From assembly GCA_041686025.1 (NCBI GenBank), contig JAWLEP010000059.1:1-12918 (forward strand): 12,918 nucleotides of DNA, read 5' to 3'. Every line of letters begins with the position of its first letter. Positions within the stretch are counted from its first letter, which is position 1. The position numbers and the translations under genes were made by a program. The notes under the pieces are model-generated. The model saw nothing but the letters and a program-made list of their open reading frames with translations. It was not told where the DNA came from and searched no databases. This stretch comes from Candidatus Fermentibacteraceae bacterium (GTDB lineage: Bacteria; Fermentibacterota; Fermentibacteria; Fermentibacterales; JCC-6). Below, one piece after another: positions 1 to 7,544 of this stretch.

Positions 1-654
1 CCCATACCCGATGACCTCTCCGACGAGCAGGCGGTCTACGCCTGCGACATGATGTCCACGGGGTTTGCGGGAGCCGAGAACGCCGACATACCCATGGGGG
101 GAACGGTGGCCGTCTTCGCTCAGGGCCCGGTGGGCCTCATGGCCACGGCCGGGGCCAGGCTGCTGGGAGCGGGGATGATCATAGCCGTGGAGACAGTTCC
201 CAACAGGATCGAGCTGGCCCGTCACTACGGCGCCGACGAGATAGTGGACTTCGCCGAGGCCGATCCGGTGGATGCCATCATGGAGCTCACCGGTGGAGAG
301 GGAGTGGACTCGGCCATCGAGTCGCTGGGCGCCCAGGCCACCTTCGAAGCCTGCGTGAAGGTCACCCGTCCCGGGGGGACCGTATCCAACGTGGGCTACC
401 ACGGAGAGGGCGAGTACGTGAAGATCCCGCGGGAAGCGTGGGGCGTGGGCATGTCCGACAAGACCATACGCACCGCCCTCTGTCCCGGCGGAAGCCAGCG
501 GATGGAGAGGCTCTTCCGGCTGATACTGGGAGGCAGGGTGGACCCCGCCAGGATGACCACACACAGCTTCGATTTCGACGAGATCGAGAAGGCCTTCGAG
601 CTGATGCGGACCAAGGAAGATGGTGTGATAAAGCCCCTGATCCGTTTCCGGTAG
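1..654 (+). CDS. Zinc-dependent (MDR family) alcohol dehydrogenase, secondary/isopropanol ADH-like; 5'-truncated
   Basis: Frame 1 is open from base 1 (PIPDDLSDEQAVYACDMMSTGF). Contains the DMMSTGF motif, the Rossmann motif AQGPVG, GEGVDSAIE, LCPGG and C-terminal VIKPLI, closely resembling Thermoanaerobacter/Clostridium secondary ADHs. TAG at 652-654. Confidence 0.9.
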   Translation, partial: PIPDDLSDEQAVYACDMMSTGFAGAENADIPMGGTVAVFAQGPVGLMATAGARLLGAGMIIAVETVPNRIELARHYGADEIVDFAEADPVDAIMELTGGEGVDSAIESLGAQATFEACVKVTRPGGTVSNVGYHGEGEYVKIPREAWGVGMSDKTIRTALCPGGSQRMERLFRLILGGRVDPARMTTHSFDFDEIEKAFELMRTKEDGVIKPLIRFR

Positions 655-690
655 ACGGTGGCGGCTGGTGAAGAAGAAGGAGTGATGCGG

Positions 691-1620
691 ATGGTGCTTC
701 TGGCGGTGCTCTCGGCGCGCAGGACCGAGCTTCGCCTGGCAGACCCCGACGGCGGCGACGGCCTGAGCTACGTCTCCAGCTACATCTCCGACTCGCTGGA
801 TGACCCGGAGAAAAGGGCCGGAGCCATATGCGACTTCCTGGAGAGGGAGGACTGCACACCGGAGAGCGTGGCTGTGGCCAGGCCGGCCGAGGGGGAGAGG
901 ATCCCCGAGTCCGCTCTGCGGGCCCTCACGGCTGCCGACAGGCTCCTGATGGCCACTCCGGCGGAGGCCATGGCCACCTCGGTGACGGGGGGATGCCTGG
1001 CCGATGGCTCAGAAGACCGGCGCCGGGTGGTGATCTACACCGACGGCGAGCTGGACTGTGCGGTTATCCCCTCCGGCGGAGGCCGGCCCAGGACCTGTCC
1101 CGTCGCCATGGCCGATCCCGTCTACTCCTCACCGGCGCAGCTGGACTTCCTCTGCTGGATGTCCGACCGCGTCGGCCGGCCCACAGTGGGCCGAATACTC
1201 ACCGAACAGGGCCTGGAGCTGATGTACACCTACATGCGTGACGTCATCGGCTACCATGAACCGGCCTGGATGGCCCGGTCGGTGGGCGACAGGGGCGTTG
1301 CGGCCGCGGTGGCCGGCTGCGTGCGGTCCACCGAGAGGCGCTGCCGGCTGGCCGCGGCCAGCGCCGGGCTCCTGGCCTCCCTGCTGAGGACCGAGGCGGT
1401 GAACACCGCCCTGCGGGCCGGCGCTTCCGGCGGGGCCGTTCTCAGCGGCAGCCTGGTGCGCACCGCCGAGGCCGTATCCGGGCCGGAATGGCCCCGAAAG
1501 GGCAACGACAACGGACACCTGCCGGAGGATCTGCTGCCCTACCTTCCGGTGCTGGCCTCCAGGGGCTGCACGCGCATGGACGGACTGGGGCGGATGGCCA
1601 GCAGGGAGCTCATCGCCTGA
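691..1620 (+). CDS. Glucokinase (Glk)-fold protein with degenerate catalytic motifs, probable pseudokinase
   Basis: AAGGAG at 677-682 lies 8 nt before ATG 691. Collinear with bacterial Glk: MVLLAVLSARRTELRL (cf. MILAGDIGGTNxRLAL), AVARP (cf. GVAGP), TVGRILTEQGLELMY (cf. SxERVLSGxGLxNLY), EAVNTALRAGASGGAVLSGSL (cf. AGNLALxxGAxGGVYIAGGI). 309 aa with no internal stop. Confidence 0.7.
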   Translation: MVLLAVLSARRTELRLADPDGGDGLSYVSSYISDSLDDPEKRAGAICDFLEREDCTPESVAVARPAEGERIPESALRALTAADRLLMATPAEAMATSVTGGCLADGSEDRRRVVIYTDGELDCAVIPSGGGRPRTCPVAMADPVYSSPAQLDFLCWMSDRVGRPTVGRILTEQGLELMYTYMRDVIGYHEPAWMARSVGDRGVAAAVAGCVRSTERRCRLAAASAGLLASLLRTEAVNTALRAGASGGAVLSGSLVRTAEAVSGPEWPRKGNDNGHLPEDLLPYLPVLASRGCTRMDGLGRMASRELIA

Positions 1621-1693
1621 GAAGGTGCTGGAAGTGAGATGGCGCTCGCTCGCTGCAGGGAATTGGCGGAAACAACAAACAGAAAGGAACGAC

Positions 1694-2083
1694 ATGCTGG
1701 ACGAGATGCTGCAGACGGCGGACTGGAAGAGCGAGAAGCACGTGCCGGTGATAGAGGCCCCGGACATGGTGAAGGCCGACGAGGTCTTCGAGGTCAGAGT
1801 CACCCTGGGCAAGGAGGTGGCCCACCCCAACACCACCGCCCATCACATAGCATGGATCGCCCTCTACTTCCAGCCCGAGGGCGGGAAGTTCCCCTACGAG
1901 GTGGGGCGTGTGGAGCTCTCCTCCCACGGCGCCTCCACCGACGGTCCCGACGAGAGCGGCGTTTACACCCACCACGGATGCACCTTCGGCATGAAGACGT
2001 CCCATCCGGGCCGGCTCATGGCCATGGCCCACTGCAACATCCACGGTCTGTGGCAGAGCGAGAAGAAGCTCTCGCTGCAGTAG
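1694..2083 (+). CDS. sor: Superoxide reductase, 1Fe neelaredoxin type (class II SOR)
   Basis: AAAGGA RBS at 1683-1688, ATG 1694. Fe-ligand motifs EKHVP, HPNTTAHHIAWI and CNIHGLW are all present. No N-terminal desulforedoxin domain. 129 aa. Confidence 0.93.
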   Translation: MLDEMLQTADWKSEKHVPVIEAPDMVKADEVFEVRVTLGKEVAHPNTTAHHIAWIALYFQPEGGKFPYEVGRVELSSHGASTDGPDESGVYTHHGCTFGMKTSHPGRLMAMAHCNIHGLWQSEKKLSLQ

Positions 2084-2095
2084 AGCATGCCCACC

Positions 2096-2124
2096 TTCGA
2101 TCTGGACCCGCCGCCCCTTATATT
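2096..2124 (+). promoter_or_regulatory. Possible sigma70 promoter for lepA
   Basis: TTCGAT (2096-2101), 17 nt spacer, TATATT (2119-2124), in a short AT-richer gap about 25 nt upstream of the lepA start. Confidence 0.35.
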
Positions 2125-2147
2125 ACCCGGCCTATACGGGAGGCGGT

Positions 2148-3944
2148 ATGAGAAAGCGAATTCGGAACTTCTCCATCATAGCCCACATCGACCATGGCAA
2201 GTCCACGCTGGCCGACAGGCTCCTGCAGATGACCCACACGGTCTCCGACCGGGAGTTCCACGACCTGATGCTGGACGACATGGACATCGAGCGCGAGCGG
2301 GGGATCACCATCAAGTCCTCGGCGGTGACCATGCTCTACACCGCCGCCGACGGCGGGGAATACACCCTGAACCTCATCGACACCCCCGGCCACGTGGACT
2401 TCTCCTACGAGGTCTCCCGTGCCCTGGCCTCCTGCGAGGGGGCCCTGCTGGTGATAGACGCCGCCCAGGGGGTGGAGGCCCAGACGCTGGCCAACCTCTA
2501 CAAGGCCATGGAGCAGGAGCTCACCGTAATCCCGGTGATCAACAAGATAGACCTCCCCTCTGCCAACATCCTGGAGGTGCTCATAGAGGTGGAGAACGAG
2601 CTGGCCCTGGACCCCGACGGAGCGGTGATGGTCTCCGCCAAGACCGGGGAGGGAGTGGAGGGGCTGCTGGAGAGGCTGGTGGAGCGCATACCGCCCCCCG
2701 CAGGCGACGACGCGGCCCCCCTCCGGGCCCGGGTGTTCGACAGCATCTTCGACCCCTACAGGGGGGTGGTGGTCTTCTTCCGGGTGGTGGATGGCACCAT
2801 CGGAGCCGGCGACCGGATAAGACTGATGGCCTCGGGGAAGGAGTACACGGCCGAGGAGGTCGGCCACCTGGGCATCACCCGCACCACCTGCCGGAAGCTG
2901 GCCGCCGGCGAGGTGGGCTACCTCATCGGGGGGATCAAGTCCATCGCCGACGTGCGGTCGGGGGACACGGTGACCCATGCGGAAAGGCCGGCGGAGCAGC
3001 CCCTGGCCGGCTACGAGGAGGCCAAGCCAGTGGTCTTCTCCTCCATCTTCCCCGTCTCCACCGAGGACTACAACGACCTGGCCGCCGCCATGGAGCGGCT
3101 GAAGCTCAACGACGCCTCCCTCACCTACGAGAAGGTATCCTCCGCCGGGCTGGGCTTCGGCTTCCGCTGCGGCTTCCTGGGCCTTCTGCACCTGGAGGTG
3201 GTGCAGGAGCGGCTGGAGAGGGAGTTCGGCATGTCCCTGGTCCTCACCGCTCCCACGGTCCTGTACAGGATAACCATGTCCGACGGCGAGGTGATCCATC
3301 TGGACAACCCCCTGCTCTACCCCGACCCGGCGCAGATACGCAAGACGGAGGAGCCGTACATAAGGGCTTCCATAATAATGCCGGACACGTACATAGGTCC
3401 GGTAACCGAGCTTCTCATGAACAGAAGGGCAGAGAACTACAGGAACATGTACGTGGGGGCGAAGCGGGTGGAGATCACCGCCGAGCTGCCCCTGGCTGAG
3501 GTGGTCTACGACTTCTACGACCGGCTGAAGTCCATCACCCAGGGCTACGGGTCCTTCGACTACGAGTCCGCCGACTACCGCGAGTCCGATCTGGTGCGGC
3601 TGGACATACTGGTGAACAAGGAGAGGGTAGAGGCCCTCTCCATGCTGGTCCACCGCGACAACGCCCGGGCCTGGGCGCGGAACGCATGCAAACGGCTGAA
3701 GGAGGAGATTCCCCGCCAGCAGTTCAAGATCCCCATCCAGGGGGCCATAGGCGGGGAGATAATAGCCCGGGAGACCATCCGGGCCCTGCGCAAGGACGTC
3801 ACCGCCAAGTGCTACGGCGGGGACGTGACCCGGAAGCGCAAGCTCCTGGAGAAGCAGAAGGAGGGCAAGAAGAGGATGAAGATGGTGGGAAGGGTGGAGA
3901 TACCGCAGAAGGCCTTCCTGGCCGTGCTGAAGCGGGACGAATGA
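2148..3944 (+). CDS. lepA: Translation elongation factor 4 (LepA GTPase)
   Basis: RNFSIIAHIDHGKSTLADR, ERERGITIK, DTPGHVDF, NKID, GFRCGFLGLLH and KDVTAKCYGGDVTRKRKLLEKQKEGKKRMK. GGGAGG RBS at 2138-2143. 598 aa. Confidence 0.99.
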   Translation: MRKRIRNFSIIAHIDHGKSTLADRLLQMTHTVSDREFHDLMLDDMDIERERGITIKSSAVTMLYTAADGGEYTLNLIDTPGHVDFSYEVSRALASCEGALLVIDAAQGVEAQTLANLYKAMEQELTVIPVINKIDLPSANILEVLIEVENELALDPDGAVMVSAKTGEGVEGLLERLVERIPPPAGDDAAPLRARVFDSIFDPYRGVVVFFRVVDGTIGAGDRIRLMASGKEYTAEEVGHLGITRTTCRKLAAGEVGYLIGGIKSIADVRSGDTVTHAERPAEQPLAGYEEAKPVVFSSIFPVSTEDYNDLAAAMERLKLNDASLTYEKVSSAGLGFGFRCGFLGLLHLEVVQERLEREFGMSLVLTAPTVLYRITMSDGEVIHLDNPLLYPDPAQIRKTEEPYIRASIIMPDTYIGPVTELLMNRRAENYRNMYVGAKRVEITAELPLAEVVYDFYDRLKSITQGYGSFDYESADYRESDLVRLDILVNKERVEALSMLVHRDNARAWARNACKRLKEEIPRQQFKIPIQGAIGGEIIARETIRALRKDVTAKCYGGDVTRKRKLLEKQKEGKKRMKMVGRVEIPQKAFLAVLKRDE

Positions 3945-3960
3945 AGAAGGGACGCGAACT

Positions 3961-4407
3961 GTGAGAGCTGCAGCAGCGATTATCGCCAGCCTGGTGCTGG
4001 TTCTGGGATGCGGAGACGACGACAGTCCCTCGGGTCCGACGGGTGAGGAGCCGCAGACGGGCGACTGGTCCGGTTCGGCGGCCACCGGGGAGGCGCTGGC
4101 CTTCACCGTGGGCGAAGACAGCGTGAAGGCCCTGGAGATGACGGTAGTGCACACGGTGGACGGAGAGCCGGACACGGTTGTCTGGCAGCCTCCGGCCGCC
4201 GCCATCGTCGGTGACAGCGCCTTCAGCGCTTCCGACTCCATTGATGCCGACTCGGTGACATACGCCTTCGGCATCTCCGGCACCTTCCCCGCATCCGACA
4301 GCGCCCAGGGGACGTGGAGCTCCACGGCCCAGTGGCAGATCGGCGGCAGCGGCGGCGCAGAGGACCTCGGCGGCTCCTGGACGGCCGCGCCTTCGGGCAG
4401 CCGATGA
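3961..4407 (+). CDS. Hypothetical lipoprotein, acidic and Ser/Thr/Gly-rich, beta-rich
   Basis: GTG start. Signal peptide MRAAAAIIASLVLVLG-C with lipobox VLGC (Cys17), followed by a DDDSPSGP linker. Its stop overlaps the next start (ATGA at 4404-4407). Confidence 0.75.
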   Translation: MRAAAAIIASLVLVLGCGDDDSPSGPTGEEPQTGDWSGSAATGEALAFTVGEDSVKALEMTVVHTVDGEPDTVVWQPPAAAIVGDSAFSASDSIDADSVTYAFGISGTFPASDSAQGTWSSTAQWQIGGSGGAEDLGGSWTAAPSGSR

Positions 4408-5267
4408 GCTTTCGAGTCGCCTGGCCGGTTCTGCTGTCCGCTCTCATTGTGCCCGTCGCAGCCGGCTTCGCCCTGGACCTGGACGACCCCGGGCAGAACT
4501 ACCTGGCCTTCATGCGCACCAGGGGCGACCTCGCAGGCGACGAGGTTGTCTTCTACTGGACGGGCGACATCTACAGCTTCGTCCCCGGCCAGCAGAGCCG
4601 GCACCTCTTCGCCGCCGACGGCTACAACATCGGCCGGCTGGAGGAGCACGGAGACGGCTACCGCCTGCTGACCAGGGAGGTGTTCGTATACCGCGACCCC
4701 GACACCGGCGAGATTCTGGAGGAGTGGGCCAACCCCTACACCGGGGACACCGTGGGCGTGATCCACGTGTGGAACGACCCGGTGAACAGCTACATGCCGC
4801 GCAGCCAGGGGGACTGGGAGTTCTCCATGCCCTACACCGAGCTGCCCGGGGGGGAGATCAGCTGGAACCTGGACATACTGCTGGCCTACCCCTCTCCGCT
4901 GCCGGCGGACAGCTTCCCCGAGTACTCCGGCTCCAACCTCTACCAGGGGGCGGAGCTCTTTCATTTCTTCGTCTCCCGCGATGACCTGGCCGACACCACC
5001 CTCACCACCGTTTCCTGCCGCCTCTCCTGGACCAGGTTCGGGCAGTGGCTGCCCTGGATGCGGATGGCCGATCGGTCCGGGTACCTGGTCTACCACTGCG
5101 CAGGCGCCAAGCTGCCGGGGGGCTTCGAGGCCCTTCCGGAGGACATCAGGGCCCTGGTGGCCGACCACGACATGGTCTTCTCCCGGGCTCCGGAGGAGTA
5201 CACGTCCCCCAACCAGACCAGCTGGACCTACTTCCGGCGGCTGCTGGAGGCCGGGGGCAGGCCCTAG
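4404..5267 (+). CDS. DUF1838-like protein with N-terminal signal peptide
   Basis: ATG 4404 is coupled to the upstream TGA. Hydrophobic leader ending VAAGFA. Motifs VVFYWTGDIY, LLTREVFVYRDPDTGEIL, WANPYTG, VIHVWNDPVN, YQGAELFHF and WTRFGQWLPWMRM match my recollection of DUF1838. 287 aa. Confidence 0.75.
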   Translation: MSFRVAWPVLLSALIVPVAAGFALDLDDPGQNYLAFMRTRGDLAGDEVVFYWTGDIYSFVPGQQSRHLFAADGYNIGRLEEHGDGYRLLTREVFVYRDPDTGEILEEWANPYTGDTVGVIHVWNDPVNSYMPRSQGDWEFSMPYTELPGGEISWNLDILLAYPSPLPADSFPEYSGSNLYQGAELFHFFVSRDDLADTTLTTVSCRLSWTRFGQWLPWMRMADRSGYLVYHCAGAKLPGGFEALPEDIRALVADHDMVFSRAPEEYTSPNQTSWTYFRRLLEAGGRP

Positions 5268-5274
5268 GGACGCC

Positions 5275-6450
5275 GTGGCGGCCGGCTGGGGCGTCTACGC
5301 TCACGTGCCCTTCTGCGCAAGCAGGTGCAGCTACTGCGCCTTCCACTCCCGGCCGCTTCGGGATTCCCACCCCTCCGCCTACATGGATGCGCTTCCCCGG
5401 GAGCTGGAGGAAGCGGTTCCCCCTGACCTGGAAGTGGATACTGTGTACATCGGCGGCGGGACGCCCACCGTTCTGCCGGCCGAGTTCCTGTGCTCCCTGC
5501 TGCTGCGGCTGCGGGAGAGGGCCGACCTGTCGGGTCTGCGGGAGGCCACGGTGGAGGCGAACCCCGCCACGGTGGATCAGGTCTCCCTCGGCATCCTCAG
5601 ACGGGGGGGATTCGACCGGATAAGCCTGGGGGTGCAGTCCCTCCACCACCGGCATCTGCGTCTGCTGGGCAGGGCCCACGACGCCCTGCGTGCTGTCGAT
5701 GCCTTCGAAGAGGCCAGGAGCGCCGGCTTCCGCCGCATCTCGGTGGACCTCATCTACGGCATCCCGGGCCAGACATCCCTGGAGCTGGAGGAGGACCTGC
5801 GGAGGATCGTGCAGCTGGGGCCGGAGCACATATCCGCCTACGAGCTTACCCTGGAGCCGGGGACCGGGATGGCCCGGCTCTGCTCCTCGGGGCGGCTGCG
5901 GCAGCAGGGGGAGGGGGAGCTGCTGGAGATGCACCGGCTGGTGCACCGGATCCTCGCCGCCGCCGGGTACCGGCACTACGAGGTCTCCAGCTACGCCCGG
6001 GGGGAGGGGGAGATCTCCCTGCACAACTCCGCCTGCTGGCAGGGAGGGCCCTACCTGGGGCTGGGGCCGTCGGCGCACTCCTTCGACGGCCGCCGCAGGC
6101 GCTGGTGGAACGCCCCGGACACTGTGGGCTGGGCCGGTGCCCTGTTGACCGGCAGGACTCCCCCCGGCGGGGGGGAGGAGGTCACGGACCTGCAGAGGGC
6201 CGACGAGATGGCCATGCTGGGTCTGCGCACCTCACGGGGCGTCCGCCTGGAGCGCATCCGCGCCGAGACCGGTCTGGTGCCCTCCGAAGACGCTGCTGCC
6301 AGGCTTGGGGAATGGACCCGAAGAGGCCTGCTCCGCATCACGGGGGACAGCATCGTCCCCACGTCCGAGGGCATGCTGGCGGCCGACGGAATCGCCGCTT
6401 CCCTGGAATGGAGCAGGCCCGGGCCGCAATCCCGCTTCTGGGTCGAATAA
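5275..6450 (+). CDS. hemW: Radical SAM heme chaperone HemW (HemN-like)
   Basis: YAHVPFCASRCSYC (CxxxCxxC), TVYIGGGTPT, TVEANP, RISLGVQS, DLIYGIPGQ, HISAYEL, HYEVSSY, HNSACW, YLGLGPSAHS and GLR. GTG 5275 is the probable start, just after the upstream TAG. The ORF-track start at 4981 overlaps the previous gene. Confidence 0.88.
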   Translation: MAAGWGVYAHVPFCASRCSYCAFHSRPLRDSHPSAYMDALPRELEEAVPPDLEVDTVYIGGGTPTVLPAEFLCSLLLRLRERADLSGLREATVEANPATVDQVSLGILRRGGFDRISLGVQSLHHRHLRLLGRAHDALRAVDAFEEARSAGFRRISVDLIYGIPGQTSLELEEDLRRIVQLGPEHISAYELTLEPGTGMARLCSSGRLRQQGEGELLEMHRLVHRILAAAGYRHYEVSSYARGEGEISLHNSACWQGGPYLGLGPSAHSFDGRRRRWWNAPDTVGWAGALLTGRTPPGGGEEVTDLQRADEMAMLGLRTSRGVRLERIRAETGLVPSEDAAARLGEWTRRGLLRITGDSIVPTSEGMLAADGIAASLEWSRPGPQSRFWVE

Positions 6451-6508
6451 ACCCAACTGGCCTTCCTCCTCCCGGGATCCTCCCCTTCCCGAGCACATCC
6501 GTACTGGA

Positions 6509-6538
6509 TTGACAGCCGCGAAATTTCATTGTTATTAT
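6509..6538 (+). promoter_or_regulatory. Strong sigma70-type promoter with extended -10
   Basis: Perfect TTGACA (6509-6514), 18 nt spacer, TG-n-TATTAT (TG 6530-6531, -10 at 6533-6538), in a markedly AT-rich intergenic stretch. Confidence 0.75.
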
Positions 6539-6661
6539 GAGAAAGATCGAGCGTCTCTCTTTGGGGAGGGGGGCGTCGGGGATAATAAGTACTGGTAAGA
6601 TGTGTTATTTGGTTCGTTGCATGGGCAAGTTGGCGAAGCTTCCAAAGGAAGGAATGGGAGA

Positions 6662-7480
6662 ATGGCAAAGATCTTCGCTTCTCTTCTCGCCGTCGTGCTT
6701 CTGGCTTCCGCGGCTGTCGCGGCGCCGGGGGACATAATAAGGAGCCAGTCGATCTCGGGACAGCCCAGCTCTGGAGTCCGCGGCCTGGCCAAGGACTGGG
6801 ACACCGGTGACATCTGGATAGCCGGTCCCAACGGCAGCAACAACATCATGTACACCAACATGGACGCCGAGAGCATGTCGCCGGGCTCCTGGAACACAGC
6901 ATCCGGGATGTACTGGGTGTTCGACATCGGCTACGGCTACGTAGACGGGGGAACCACCTACCTTCTTATGAACGACCAGACCGCTCCCTACACCAAGATG
7001 ATCGACCCGACCACCGGGTCCTACGACGGCGAGCTGCCCGACTACTACAGCTCCGCCGACTACACCGACGGCTGCTCGGTGGACTGGGACGACAACTACG
7101 TCTACCTGTCCAGCTACGGCAGCGACGACATCGTCTACTACGACGGCTCCTCGTGGAACGTCCTGACCACGATAAGCGGCGGGCTGAACATGGGCACCGC
7201 CGTGGCCTGGGAGCACCTCTTCATCATCCGCACCAGTCCCCACTACACCATAGAGGTGTACACCATCGACGGCACCTTCGTGGAGAGCATAGACCTCAAC
7301 AGCTGGCCCTCCGGCAACTACCTCATCGGCCTGGCCCCCGGCCGGGAGGACGCGGCGGGAGACAGCGAGTCGCTCTTCTTCGCCGACTTCATCACCTACC
7401 AGGTTCACGAGGTGGAGGTTGGCAACTACTCCACCAGCCTGGAGAGAAGCACCTGGGGCTCCATCAAGGCCAGCTTCTAG
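6662..7480 (+). CDS. Secreted acidic beta-rich (probable beta-propeller) protein with C-terminal TWGxIK tail
   Basis: ATG 6662. Sec signal MAKIFASLLAVVLLASAAVA-A. Strongly C-ending codon usage. Loosely repeated 40-50 aa blades (GLAKDWDTGDIWIA, GCSVDWDDNYVYLS, GTAVAWEHLFII, GLAPG...SLFFAD). Ends LERSTWGSIKASF. 272 aa. Confidence 0.85.
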   Translation: MAKIFASLLAVVLLASAAVAAPGDIIRSQSISGQPSSGVRGLAKDWDTGDIWIAGPNGSNNIMYTNMDAESMSPGSWNTASGMYWVFDIGYGYVDGGTTYLLMNDQTAPYTKMIDPTTGSYDGELPDYYSSADYTDGCSVDWDDNYVYLSSYGSDDIVYYDGSSWNVLTTISGGLNMGTAVAWEHLFIIRTSPHYTIEVYTIDGTFVESIDLNSWPSGNYLIGLAPGREDAAGDSESLFFADFITYQVHEVEVGNYSTSLERSTWGSIKASF

Positions 7481-7497
7481 ACCGGGCCTGCACGGTG

Positions 7498-7526
7498 AAG
7501 GGCGGGGGCATGCCCCCGCCCTTTTT
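7498..7526 (+). terminator. Intrinsic terminator between convergent genes, possibly bidirectional
   Basis: Perfect 26-bp palindrome AAGGGCGGGGGCATGCCCCCGCCCTT (7498-7523) running into TTTTT (7522-7526), 17 nt after the stop at 7480 and facing the ATPase stop at 7545. Confidence 0.85.
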
Positions 7527-7544
7527 CCGTACGGGGAGGAGGGC

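Noticed and set aside
652..690. The ADH TAG stop is in frame with the downstream Glk-like ORF, so amber readthrough would give a fusion
   Set aside because: The ADH ends at the normal family C-terminus, the downstream gene has its own RBS, and an in-frame arrangement has a 1-in-3 chance. There is no evidence of recoding.
2111..2146. CCGCC/GGCGG pairing that could sequester the lepA RBS
   Set aside because: The stems are short and GC-only, and the 5' arm would lie upstream of the putative transcription start.
2118..5168. 1016-aa minus-strand ORF, plus other long antisense or alternate-frame ORFs (2087-3499, 6605-7408, 7419-8561, 7765-8730, 9648-10661, 12191-12844)
   Set aside because: They overlap well-supported genes and have no recognisable motifs. 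Long shadow ORFs are expected in high-GC DNA with strong third-position bias.
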